From NCBI GenBank assembly GCA_963698025.1, contig OY969112.1:6629101-6693100 (forward strand): a stretch of 64,000 nt of DNA, read 5' to 3'. The position numbers and the translations under genes were made by a program. Positions within the stretch are counted from its first letter, which is position 1. Every line of letters starts with the position of its first letter. Below, one piece after another: positions 36,203 to 44,641 of this stretch. Below the pieces are notes generated by a model. The model was not told the origin of the DNA, made no database searches, and worked only from the letters and a program-made list of their open reading frames with translations. The stretch comes from an uncultured Acidobacteriota bacterium (lineage in GTDB: Bacteria > Acidobacteriota > Thermoanaerobaculia > Multivoradales > UBA5704).

Positions 36203-38635
36203 TCACCCCTCCGCCCGCAAAGTAATCCCCGGCTCCACCCGCGTAGCCCTGCGGGCCGGCAGGTAGCAGGCTAACAAAGCGATCGCCCCCAGCAGGATAG
36301 GCGCCCCCAGGTAGTACAAGGGATCGAGGGCGCTCACCGCGAAGAGCAATCCCGTCAGGGCTCGCGAAAGCAGGAAGGCCGCGGCCAGCGCTCCCACCAG
36401 GCCGATTGCCAATCCGATCAGCACCCAGCGGAACCCCTGCCTTACGACGACCGCCAGCACCTGGGATCTCTGGGCGCCTAGCGCCATGCGGACGCCGATC
36501 TCCTGCCGGCGGGCCGAGACCGATTGCGCCACCAGGCCGTAGATCCCGAGCGCGCAGAGGAGCAGCGCCACGGCCGAGAAGCCGGTGAGCAGGCCCATGG
36601 TCATCCGGCGGCCGGCCAGGGAGTCGGCCACGATCCCCTCCAGCGTCTGCAGGTCGGCCACCGGCTGCTCGGGATCGAGGGCGCGCACCTCCCGGCGCAC
36701 GCTCGCGGCCACCTGCGCCGGCGGCAACGAGGTGCGCACCAGCAGGTTCATGAACGGCGTCGGCAGGTTGATCTGCTGGCCGGCCGGGAGGAAGAACTCG
36801 GCGTCCTTCGCGACGTCCGGTCCGAGCTGCTGGACGTCCTGGACCACCCCGATGATCTCCAGCTTGACCTTGCGGCTCCCCATGACGATCCGCTTGCCGA
36901 GCGGATCCTGGCCCGGGAAGTACTGGCGCGCCAGCGACTCGTTGACCACCGTGGTGAGCGGCGCGTCGACCGGAGTCGCCGGATCGAACTCTCTACCCTT
37001 CACCAGGCGCGTCTGCAGGGTGCGGAAGTAGCCGGGGCTCACCACCATCAGCCAGGCGATCGGCTGGTCGCGCACCTCCAGCGGCCGCCCCTCGACGGCG
37101 AACGGCGATTTCCCCGACCCCTGCACCGGCAGGAAGTCGGACATCGCCGCCGACCGCACCCCCGGCAGCGTCCGCACCCGCTCCAGGATCTGGGCAAAGA
37201 ACGCCCGCCGGTGCCCCTGGTCCGGGTACTTCGCCGTCGGCAGCGAGATCTGCAGCGCGAGCAGCCCCGAGGGATTAAAACCCAGATCCACGCGCGAGAG
37301 CTGGCGGAAGCTCTGGATCAGCAGCGTCGCCCCGATCAGCAGCACCAGGGAGAGGGCGACCTCGACGGCCACGAACACCCCCTGCGCCCGAGCCCGGCGC
37401 GGGCCTGCCGTCGAGCCCCGGGAGCTCTCCCGGAGCTGCGCCGTGGCCTCGGTGCGCAGGCTCTGCAACGCCGGAATCAGCGAGAAGAGCACGCCGGTCA
37501 GCAGCGACAGCAGCAGTGTGAAGACGAGCACCCGGAGATCGATCCCCACCTGGTCGGCGCGCGGCAGGTTGGCGGGGTGGAAGGCGACCAGCAGCCGCAG
37601 CCCGGCATACGCCAGCGCCAGGCCCGCCAGGCTGCCGAGCAGGGCGAGCGCCACCCCCTCGGCCAGCCGCTGGCGGAGCACGCGACCTGCGCTCGCGCCC
37701 AGGGCCATGCGAACCGCCACCTCCTTGCGCCGCGAGAGCCCCTGGGCCAACAGCAGGTTGGCTACGTCGGCACAGGCGATCAGCAGCACCAGGGCGACCG
37801 CCCCCAGCAGCAGGACGAGGGACGAGCGGACGTTGCCCACCAGCTGCTCGGTCATCGGCACCAGGTCCAGGCGGAAGCCGGTGTCCAGATTTCCCGGCAG
37901 CGCCTGGGCGTAGCGGGCGTTGATCCGCCGCACCTCGCCGCGCGCGGCCTCCAGCGCCACCCCCGGCTTCAGCCGCGCCGCCACGTCCAGGTATCCGGCG
38001 CCCAGCTCGATCGCGCGCTCCGGGAGCATCGAGATCTCCTGGGGGCGTGGCAGCCAGACCTGGATGTCGCGGAACGGGAAGTGGAGCACGTCGGGGAGGA
38101 CGCCGACGATCGTCCACGGCTTCCCTTCCAGCCGCACCGCCTTGCCGAGGATCGCCGGGTCGCCGCCGAAACGCTTGCGCCAGAGCCCTTCGCTCAGGAT
38201 CGCCACGTCGCCGCTCGCCTTCTCCTCCTCGGCCGGCGAGAAGCAGCGCCCCAGCAGTGGTTTCACCCCCCAGACCTCGCAGAACTCCTGGCTGATCCGC
38301 TCGCTGTGGAGGACCTCGGGATCGCCGCGCTCGGTGAGGTTGACGTCCTCCTGGTAGCAGGAGGTGACGGCGGCGAAGAGGCCGCTCTCGTGCAGCGCCC
38401 GGACCTTGGGCACCGACAGCCCGCTCTGGCTCAGGCCCTGCTCGGGCGAGCTGGCCCAGATCTGCACCAGGCGCTCGGGATGGGGGTAGGGGAGGGGGCG
38501 CAGCACCACCGTGTTGAGCAGGCTGAAGATGGCCGTGTTGGCGCCGATCCCCAGCCCCAGGGCGAGGACCGCGATCAGCGTGAAGCCGGGGCTCTGCCGC
38601 AGCCGGCGGAAGCCGTATTTCAGATCTCGCAGCAT
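36203..38635 (-). CDS. ABC-transporter permease, duplicated FtsX/MacB-type (ADOP family), 810 aa
   Basis: MLRDLKYGFRRLRQSPGFTLIAVLALGLGIGANTAIFSL... followed by two MacB_PCD plus FtsX modules. There is no adjacent ATPase gene, so it is an orphan permease. Confidence 0.85.
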   Translation of the reverse strand: MLRDLKYGFRRLRQSPGFTLIAVLALGLGIGANTAIFSLLNTVVLRPLPYPHPERLVQIWASSPEQGLSQSGLSVPKVRALHESGLFAAVTSCYQEDVNLTERGDPEVLHSERISQEFCEVWGVKPLLGRCFSPAEEEKASGDVAILSEGLWRKRFGGDPAILGKAVRLEGKPWTIVGVLPDVLHFPFRDIQVWLPRPQEISMLPERAIELGAGYLDVAARLKPGVALEAARGEVRRINARYAQALPGNLDTGFRLDLVPMTEQLVGNVRSSLVLLLGAVALVLLIACADVANLLLAQGLSRRKEVAVRMALGASAGRVLRQRLAEGVALALLGSLAGLALAYAGLRLLVAFHPANLPRADQVGIDLRVLVFTLLLSLLTGVLFSLIPALQSLRTEATAQLRESSRGSTAGPRRARAQGVFVAVEVALSLVLLIGATLLIQSFRQLSRVDLGFNPSGLLALQISLPTAKYPDQGHRRAFFAQILERVRTLPGVRSAAMSDFLPVQGSGKSPFAVEGRPLEVRDQPIAWLMVVSPGYFRTLQTRLVKGREFDPATPVDAPLTTVVNESLARQYFPGQDPLGKRIVMGSRKVKLEIIGVVQDVQQLGPDVAKDAEFFLPAGQQINLPTPFMNLLVRTSLPPAQVAASVRREVRALDPEQPVADLQTLEGIVADSLAGRRMTMGLLTGFSAVALLLCALGIYGLVAQSVSARRQEIGVRMALGAQRSQVLAVVVRQGFRWVLIGLAIGLVGALAAAFLLSRALTGLLFAVSALDPLYYLGAPILLGAIALLACYLPARRATRVEPGITLRAEG

Positions 38636-38663
38636 TCTTTCTCTTCTCCCGTGATCTCTCTCG

Positions 38664-38689
38664 CCGGGCGGGATTTCAATCCCGCGCGG
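38664..38689. repeat. Degenerate copy of the palindrome family CCCGGGATTGAAATCCCGGG
   Basis: ccgggcgggatttcaatcccgcgcgg (hairpin gcggga-tttcaa-tcccgc), in the divergent ADOP-permease / mgtE intergenic region. Confidence 0.4.
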
Positions 38690-38754
38690 CTGCGGTATGG
38701 TACGCCCTGCTCCCGGGCCGCTCCGGGAGCCGTCCGGGAGAGGAAGATCCGATC

Positions 38755-40068
38755 ATGGCCACGACCCACGTCAGCGCGGACGAGCTTCACGAAGCCTGGC
38801 GGCTGCTGTCGTCCGAGGAGCGTGTCGAGAGCTTCGGCTTCCTCTCCCCCGAGGAGGCCCAGGACTTCTTCCTCGACATGCGCGCCGCCGATCAGCTGAT
38901 GATCGTCCGCCAGTCGCCGCCGGCGATCCGCCGCTCGTGGCTCCGCCTGCTGGCGCCGGACGACGCCGCCGACCTTCTTCAGGGGGCGCGGCCGGAGGAG
39001 CGCTCCGATCTGCTGGCCCTGCTCGATCCGGCGACCCGCCGGGAGGTCAGCGCCCTGCTCGCCTACGAGGAGGACGACGCCGGCGGCCTGATGAGCCCCC
39101 GCTACGCCCGGCTGCGACCGGACATGACGGTCGACGAGGCGATCGGCTACCTGCGCATGCAGGCGCGCCAGAACGTGGAAACGATCAACTACGCCTATGT
39201 GCTCGACTCCCAGCAGCACCTGCTCGGCGTGCTGTCGCTGCGCGAGCTGTTCACCGCGCCCGGGGACCAGCGGGTCGCCGACGTGATGAAGACCGATCTC
39301 GTCACCGTTGCCGAGGACACCGACCAGGAGATCACCAGCCAGCTCTTCTCGCGCTGGGACCTGATCGCCGTGCCGGTGCTCGACGCCCAGGGGCGGATGA
39401 AGGGGATCGTCACCGTCGACGACATCGTCGACGTCGTCGAGCAGGAGGCCACCGAGGACATCCAGAAGATGGGCGGCTCCGAGGCCCTCGACGCCCCCTA
39501 CCTCCAGGTCGGCATGATGGAGATGCTGCGCAAGCGCGCCGGCTGGCTCTCGGCGCTCTTCCTGGGCGAGCTGCTGACGGCGACCGCCATGGGGTACTAC
39601 GAGAAGGAGATCGCCCGCGCCGCGGTGCTCGCGATCTTCATCCCGCTGATCATCAGCAGCGGCGGCAACTCGGGGTCGCAGGCGACGACGCTGATCATCC
39701 GCGCCCTGGCGCTCTCCGAAGTGCGGCTGCGCGACTGGTGGCGGGTGGTCCGCCGCGAGTTCGCCGCCGGGCTCGGCCTGGGAGCGATCCTGGGGGCGCT
39801 CGGCTTCACGCGGATCATGATCTGGCAGAAGGCGTTCGGCACCTACGGCCCGCACGGCACGCTGATCGCCTTCACGGTGGCGATGAGCCTCGTCGGGGTG
39901 GTCCTCTGGGGCACCCTGACCGGCTCCTCGCTCCCCTTCCTCCTGCGCCGTCTCGGCTTTGACCCCGCGAGCGCCTCGGCGCCGTTCGTGGCCACGCTGG
40001 TCGACGTCACCGGGCTCATCATCTACTTCTCGGTGGCGAGCCTGATCCTGCGGGGGACCCTCCTCTGA
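38755..40068 (+). CDS. mgtE: Magnesium transporter MgtE
   Basis: N-domain, a CBS pair (...VLDSQQHLLGVLSLRELF... / ...VLDAQGRMKGIVTVDDIVDVV), and a TM domain with the GGNSGSQ motif. Confidence 0.9.
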   Translation: MATTHVSADELHEAWRLLSSEERVESFGFLSPEEAQDFFLDMRAADQLMIVRQSPPAIRRSWLRLLAPDDAADLLQGARPEERSDLLALLDPATRREVSALLAYEEDDAGGLMSPRYARLRPDMTVDEAIGYLRMQARQNVETINYAYVLDSQQHLLGVLSLRELFTAPGDQRVADVMKTDLVTVAEDTDQEITSQLFSRWDLIAVPVLDAQGRMKGIVTVDDIVDVVEQEATEDIQKMGGSEALDAPYLQVGMMEMLRKRAGWLSALFLGELLTATAMGYYEKEIARAAVLAIFIPLIISSGGNSGSQATTLIIRALALSEVRLRDWWRVVRREFAAGLGLGAILGALGFTRIMIWQKAFGTYGPHGTLIAFTVAMSLVGVVLWGTLTGSSLPFLLRRLGFDPASASAPFVATLVDVTGLIIYFSVASLILRGTLL

Positions 40069-40103
40069 TCCGGCGCCAGCTGGTTTTCGTCCCATGGATT
40101 GGC

Positions 40104-41105
40104 GTGCTGCTGGCAGGCCTTCTGGGAGGATTGGCCGCCTGCGGGCCGGTGGCACCCAAGGGGAAGGCGCCGGCCGCCGCGGCGAAAGGGCGTACCGTGC
40201 CGCCGGTGGGGATCGAGCTGCAGCGGGGGCAGGACCCGCGGGAGCTGGTGCGGATCGAGACCCGCGACGTGGTGATCGGACCGGTCTCCGGGCCTCTGGA
40301 GCGGAAGTTCTTCGCCGATCCCCGGCGGTCGGACATCGCCTGGTACCTCCTGCGCACCTACGCTCCGTTCGAGATGAAGACGCCGGAAGGGGATCTCGCC
40401 TTCAACGGGCAGGGGAAGGTCAAGGCCGGTGCCACCGAGCAGCGGATGATCTTCGAGTGGACCCGCCAGTCGGCGGCCGAGGCGGCGGGTGGGAGGAGCG
40501 GCAGCGCCTACGGGCTGGCGTTCGCCTGGCACCAGGGGAACTCCTCGCTGGACTGCCAGGACGTGGTCGTCTACCTGACGGGCGAGGTGGCCGCCACCTC
40601 GTGCGGTTGGGACGGCGAGGTCCAGGGGCGCCTCGAGCCGGGAGCGCTCGGCCGGGTCTACGCCTGGTTCGACCGCCTGCAGCCGTTTCAGGGGGGAGGC
40701 GCCCAGACCGAGGAGAGCCTGCGCCCGGGCGCTCTCGAAACCAGGCTGGTCTTCGCCGGCAAGGGAAAGCATCCCGCCGCGGCCGGGGAGCAGGCGGAGA
40801 TCCAGTCCTTCGCCGCCGAGCTCTATTCGGAGCTGAACGCGAGGCGGTTAGGAGGAGCCCCCCCCGCGCCACCGCCGGCCGTGCCTCCGGGAACCAAACC
40901 CCCGCAGAAGCCCGCGCCCGTGCCTGTCGAAGCCCCGCCCGCCCGCCTCCTGCTGCCACCGGCGGCTCTCAATCCGAAGCCGGAGGAGATCGTTCTCCAG
41001 CTGCCCGAGAAGCCGCCGGCGCCGCCGCCGTCCGAGAGGCCGCCCAGGGAAGCCCCGCAGCGTCCCGCTCCGGCCGAGGCCGTCCAGCCGCCCGCGCAAC
41101 GGTAA
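40104..41105 (+). CDS. Lipoprotein with a Pro-rich C-terminal tail
   Basis: GTG start. MLLAGLLGGLAACGP has an L-A-A-C lipobox. The C-terminal 90 aa are Pro/Ala-rich (PPAPPPAVPPGTKPPQKPAPVPV...). Confidence 0.5.
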   Translation: MLLAGLLGGLAACGPVAPKGKAPAAAAKGRTVPPVGIELQRGQDPRELVRIETRDVVIGPVSGPLERKFFADPRRSDIAWYLLRTYAPFEMKTPEGDLAFNGQGKVKAGATEQRMIFEWTRQSAAEAAGGRSGSAYGLAFAWHQGNSSLDCQDVVVYLTGEVAATSCGWDGEVQGRLEPGALGRVYAWFDRLQPFQGGGAQTEESLRPGALETRLVFAGKGKHPAAAGEQAEIQSFAAELYSELNARRLGGAPPAPPPAVPPGTKPPQKPAPVPVEAPPARLLLPPAALNPKPEEIVLQLPEKPPAPPPSERPPREAPQRPAPAEAVQPPAQR

Positions 41106-41523
41106 GTTGGCGAGCCCGAGACCTCTCCAGCTGCCGTTGGTATATAGAACGGAGCGATTCTTATATAGAACAGCCATGCGGAATGGACTTCGTGCCTTCT
41201 CTCTATATACAAACCTCCCATTTCTATATAGGCAGGTCTCATCGAGACCTTAAAAGCACGCAAAATTTGCACAGAACCTCATCTCGGAACCTTACAAGCC
41301 CCCATTTTTTGATAGAAACAGACCAAATTCACAGCTTTATGGGGCGTGGAATCCTTGGCAGGACCCCTTTGTATATATAAAAGACCGATTTATATATAAG
41401 AACCAGCCACTGAGCTCATCCGAGGCCACCTGCGTATATATTTTTGGGTCATCTCTATATAGAAAGCACCTCTGGAGTCCTCCCAAAGAGGCGCGAAGTG
41501 GAGACGACGCTAGAGAAAGACGT
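41106..41523. repeat. AT-rich intergenic island (about 42% GC) with nine phased TATATAGAA-like motifs and a short perfect palindrome
   Basis: Motifs at 41140 (tatatagaac), 41161 (tatatagaac), 41203 (ctatatacaa), 41223 (tctatatagg), 41308 (ttgatagaaac), 41371 (tatatataaaag), 41391 (tatatataagaac), 41435 (tatatatttttg) and 41457 (tatatagaaag). Spacings are 21, 42-44, 20, 85, 63, 20, 44 and 22 bp, all multiples of about 21 bp. ggtctc-atc-gagacc lies at 41234-41248. The island sits between convergent gene ends. Confidence 0.6.
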
Positions 41524-41808
41524 TCATCGGCCCCCCGGCTCCCGTTTTTTCCGCGAGTAGGCCGCCGCAGCCAGGAGATCCCGTATGGCGGGGCCGATGC
41601 AGTCGGCGAGGACGCACTCGATCACCGCGCGGAGCTCCGTGGCGACATCGTTCTCCTCTTCGCTCTCCTCTTCCCGATCTCCGGTGGCCGGCGCCGGCAG
41701 GCTTCCGTGAAGCGTCCGCAATCGCTTCTCGATCTTTTTCAGGTCCTCGGCCACACCCTGTAGATTGTCCTGCACCGCGGCTTCCAGCTCCGAATCACCC
41801 TCGCTCAT
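41524..41808 (-). CDS. Small acidic hypothetical protein (94 aa)
   Basis: ATG with a GGAGGGAGG Shine-Dalgarno sequence. MSEGDSELEAAVQDNLQGVAEDLKKIEKRLRTLHG...REEESEEENDVATELRAVIECVLADC... Divergent from the XRE-TPR regulator. Confidence 0.5.
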   Translation of the reverse strand: MSEGDSELEAAVQDNLQGVAEDLKKIEKRLRTLHGSLPAPATGDREEESEEENDVATELRAVIECVLADCIGPAIRDLLAAAAYSRKKREPGGR

Positions 41809-42093
41809 CCGGCTTCGCCTCCCTCCAGAACCTCCGTTTCAAGAGAGGCTAAAGAGATGGCGCGATCTGCCGGAAGGCGCCGGCGGTCTCAGGCCGCCGG
41901 GCTCACAAATCAGGGCACAGGCGGGGTGATCCCCGGCGGAGTCATCCCCGGCGGGCCTCTTCTCCCAGCCGGACCCTGGGCAGCTGGGACCGAACGAACG
42001 AGGGGCGGGCCGCTCACGGGCGATCGCGGCAGGGGTAATGCCCAGCCGTGCCGGTTTCCCTTCAGGCGTATCGTACGGCGGCATCAAATGATC

Positions 42094-42152
42094 CCTTCAA
42101 CGTGTGGGGGTGTCACGCCATGGTCCTGGCTTACACTCTATATCGTTGAAGG
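42094..42152. promoter_or_regulatory. 9-bp inverted repeat (ccttcaacg ... cgttgaagg) 21 nt upstream of the XRE-TPR regulator start; a candidate operator
   Basis: Arms at 42094-42102 and 42144-42152 with a 41-bp spacer. The position is consistent with autoregulation. No -10/-35 assignment was attempted. Confidence 0.2.
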
Positions 42153-42172
42153 ACGACATCGGAGGGAGCTGC

Positions 42173-43645
42173 ATGGCGTCGAAGAAATTGTCGGATCTGA
42201 ACCTCGCGCTGACGGTGATGCGGTCCGCGCTGAGCTGGAATCAGGCGGAGCTGGCCCGGGTGGCCGGGCTGCCGCCCAATGCCGTCTCGGACTTCGAGCG
42301 TGGGAACCGGGCGTTCTCCCTCGAAAGGCTGGAGGAGCTGGCCAGCGTCATGGGGCTGCCGCCGGGGGCGGTCGACCAGGCCCGCATCTTCGTCCGTTCC
42401 ATGGGCCAGCAGGCCAGGGCTCCCGGCGATCCCGACGAGGACGCCGAAGCGGACCGCAGGCACGTGGAGCAGGTCGCCGCCCAGGCTGGGAACGTCACCA
42501 TGGAATTCGCTCGCACGCTGCTGAATTCCCTCACCGCCGAGGGCCGGGCCCTGGTGTTCCGCCGGCAGGCGCGGGTGCTCTGGCGGAGGATGCAGAGGCA
42601 CACGCCCTCCGAGCGGCGAGCGTTCGTCGAGGCGGATCCGGAATTCCGGAGCTGGGCTCTCTGCGAGCTGATCTGCAAGGAGAGCATCAAGGCGGCAGCC
42701 GACAATGCCGATCGCGCCGGCGAGCTCGCGGATCTGGCCCTGCTCATCGCAGACCTCGCGCCCCTCGAGGCGAGCTGGCGCCGGCGCCTCCAGGGCTACG
42801 CCTGGGCTCACGTCGGCAATGCCCGGCGGGTCCGGGGTGACCTGCCGGGCGCTGAAGAGGCCTTTTCCCGTGCAGGCGAGCTCTGGAAAACCGGCACGCA
42901 CGGTGATCCGGGGCTCCTCGATGAGGCCCAGGTGTTCAGCCTGGAAGCTTCCCTGCGCACGACTCAGGGGCGCTTGCCAGAAGCCGCGATCCTCCTCGAT
43001 CAGGCGCTCGCGCTTGCTCCCAGGAATCTCAGACCGAATCTGCTCCTTCAAAAGGCAAGGCTGCTGGAGTGGGCCGGGAGCTATGAGAGTGCCTTAACGA
43101 CGCTGGCGGAGGCGGCTCCTCTCATTACTCAACAGAACGAGCCGAGGCTACTCTTCATGCTACGGCACAACTATGCCTCGAACCTGACACATCTCGGGCG
43201 GTATGCGGAAGCCGAGGCGTTACTGCCCGAGATCCAGCCGCTGGCAGTCCGGCTCGATAACCAGCTTGACGGATTGCGAGTGCATTGGATGCGGGGGCGG
43301 ATCGAGGCTGGCCTGGGAAAGATGGATGACGCTCTCGTGGCGTTGTCCCAGGTACGGACAGAGTTCGCGGCCCGGGGCACCGCCTATGACGCCGCACTGA
43401 TTACGCTTGAGTTGGCCACACTCTATCTGGAGCAAGGGCGTACCTGGGAAGTCAAGACGCTCGCGCGCCAGATGACGCCGATTTTTCACACGCAAGGAGT
43501 TCATCGCGAGGCTTTAGCGGCTCTAAAGCTGTTCTGTGAAGCGGCCGAAAAGGAATTGGCCACTGTGGAATTAGCGCGACGAATGGTGGAGTACCTTTAT
43601 AGAGCTCGCCACAACCCGACACTCCGTTTTGGGGAGCGCCCATGA
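42173..43645 (+). CDS. XRE-family HTH transcriptional regulator with a long C-terminal TPR-like helical domain (490 aa)
   Basis: Start at internal Met 24 (MASKKLSDLNLALTVMRSALSWNQAELARVAGLPPNAVSDFERGN...) with a GGAGGGA Shine-Dalgarno sequence. The C-terminal 300 aa form repeated helical hairpins (…YESALTTLAEAAPL…LGRYAEAEALL…LGKMDDALVAL…YDAALITLELATLYLEQGRTWE…). Paralog of the partial gene at 1..753. Confidence 0.8.
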   Translation: MASKKLSDLNLALTVMRSALSWNQAELARVAGLPPNAVSDFERGNRAFSLERLEELASVMGLPPGAVDQARIFVRSMGQQARAPGDPDEDAEADRRHVEQVAAQAGNVTMEFARTLLNSLTAEGRALVFRRQARVLWRRMQRHTPSERRAFVEADPEFRSWALCELICKESIKAAADNADRAGELADLALLIADLAPLEASWRRRLQGYAWAHVGNARRVRGDLPGAEEAFSRAGELWKTGTHGDPGLLDEAQVFSLEASLRTTQGRLPEAAILLDQALALAPRNLRPNLLLQKARLLEWAGSYESALTTLAEAAPLITQQNEPRLLFMLRHNYASNLTHLGRYAEAEALLPEIQPLAVRLDNQLDGLRVHWMRGRIEAGLGKMDDALVALSQVRTEFAARGTAYDAALITLELATLYLEQGRTWEVKTLARQMTPIFHTQGVHREALAALKLFCEAAEKELATVELARRMVEYLYRARHNPTLRFGERP

Positions 43646-43701
43646 GACACCGGACCGGAGTGAGTACACGCCGGTCCAGTGGAGCTATAGGCGTACTCCG
43701 T

Positions 43702-44010
43702 TCAATGTCCGCTTACGCAACGGCCATTGGGATCGATCGACATCCCATTTTCGCAGGGCCCTGCGGAGCTACTGGTGGTGGGCTGGCTCGTGAGCAGGCC
43801 ATTCGGATCGGCACTGCCCCTGGCCTTGCTCCAGAAATTGGCGAGAGCTCCCCAAAGCTGCCCGAAAACTCCCCCCACCTCCTGGGCGACGGATGGGCCG
43901 GAGCGATGTGAGACACGGCTCCGGAGCTCGGAGGCGGAGACCCACGGGCTGACGAGGGTCAATCCCAGGACGAGAGCGACCACGGCACGGCGGAACGACA
44001 GACTGGACAT
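43702..44010 (-). CDS. Small secreted protein (102 aa), paralog of 1006..1296
   Basis: Start at internal Met 12 (MSSLSFRRAVVALVLGLTLVSPWVSAS, a signal peptide) with an AAAGGAG Shine-Dalgarno sequence. Mature region GQLWGALANFWSKARGSADPNG ... NGMSIDPNG aligns with RLWSLLGSFWEKEGSSLDPDG ... EGSSLDPN of the 1006..1296 product. It supersedes the opposite-strand ORF 43642..43911. Confidence 0.55.
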   Translation of the reverse strand: MSSLSFRRAVVALVLGLTLVSPWVSASELRSRVSHRSGPSVAQEVGGVFGQLWGALANFWSKARGSADPNGLLTSQPTTSSSAGPCENGMSIDPNGRCVSGH

Positions 44011-44151
44011 GACAGCGGCTCCTTTCGAGGCGGCTTCCACCACGGCCTTCAGGGCCGGGCCGGCGCCTCACCTGGGTATGTTGCCTCCAGACGTGCCGGA
44101 AAATCACCCCAAGAAGTGCATGAGGTATGCGTACCGAGGAGGAAAATCAGG

Positions 44152-44559
44152 ATGCCACGCCGGGACAACACCGAAGACGCGAAGGTCGTCGTCGCCTTTC
44201 TGCGCCTGCTCCGAGGCTGGACTCAGACGGAGTTGGCGGAGGCCGCGGGGCTCTCCGCCAGTGCCGTCAGCCGCTATGAGAGCGGGGACATCGTCCCCAG
44301 CCGCGAGGCACTGGAGGAGATCGCGGTGGCCACGGGCCTGCCGTTGCGGATGCTGGACCGGGTCTTCATCTGGGTCGGCGCGGCGCGAGCCGCCGTGGAG
44401 AGCGCGGCCGATCCGGGCGATCCGGACCGGCTGATCGCCGCCGCCGCGAGTGAGATGACGGCCGGGCTCACAGACCTCTTCGACTCCATCACGGCCAGGA
44501 TGCTCGCCGGCCTTCCGGACCTCGAAGCCGGCCCCTGGGGGAGGCGCTCCACGGTATAA
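44152..44559 (+). CDS. Short XRE-family HTH protein (135 aa); equals the N-terminal module of the XRE-TPR regulators and lacks the TPR-like domain
   Basis: Start at internal Met 13 with a GAGGAGGA Shine-Dalgarno sequence. LRGWTQTELAEAAGLSASAVSRYESGDIVPSREALEEIAVATGLPLRMLDRVFIWV...PGDPDR aligns with ELARVAGLPPNAVSDFERGNRAFSLERLEELASVMGLPPGAVDQARIFV...PGDPDED of the 42173 protein. Divergent from the secreted peptide gene, 141 bp away. Confidence 0.7.
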   Translation: MPRRDNTEDAKVVVAFLRLLRGWTQTELAEAAGLSASAVSRYESGDIVPSREALEEIAVATGLPLRMLDRVFIWVGAARAAVESAADPGDPDRLIAAAASEMTAGLTDLFDSITARMLAGLPDLEAGPWGRRSTV

Positions 44560-44641
44560 TGTCCGGCATTCGGATTTCCTGATGCCGGCGTCAGGCGCAC
44601 GTCTGCCTGGCGATGAATAAGCAGAATAGGAGAGAGAGACG

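Noticed and set aside
36524-38899. 791-aa ORF on the plus strand
   Set aside because: Antisense to the ADOP permease gene, which is strongly supported.
38620-40155. 511-aa ORF on the minus strand
   Set aside because: Antisense to mgtE.
41106-41523. Possible CRISPR array in the AT-rich repeat island
   Set aside because: The repeat units are only about 10-13 nt, degenerate, and irregularly spaced in multiples of about 21 bp. There are no uniform spacers, no leader/cas context, and no cas genes in the window.
43642-43911. 89-aa plus-strand ORF overlapping the XRE-TPR stop (ATGA coupling)
   Set aside because: The opposite strand encodes the signal-peptide protein that is homologous to the independently located 1006..1296 product. 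That homology outweighs a coupling-like start.
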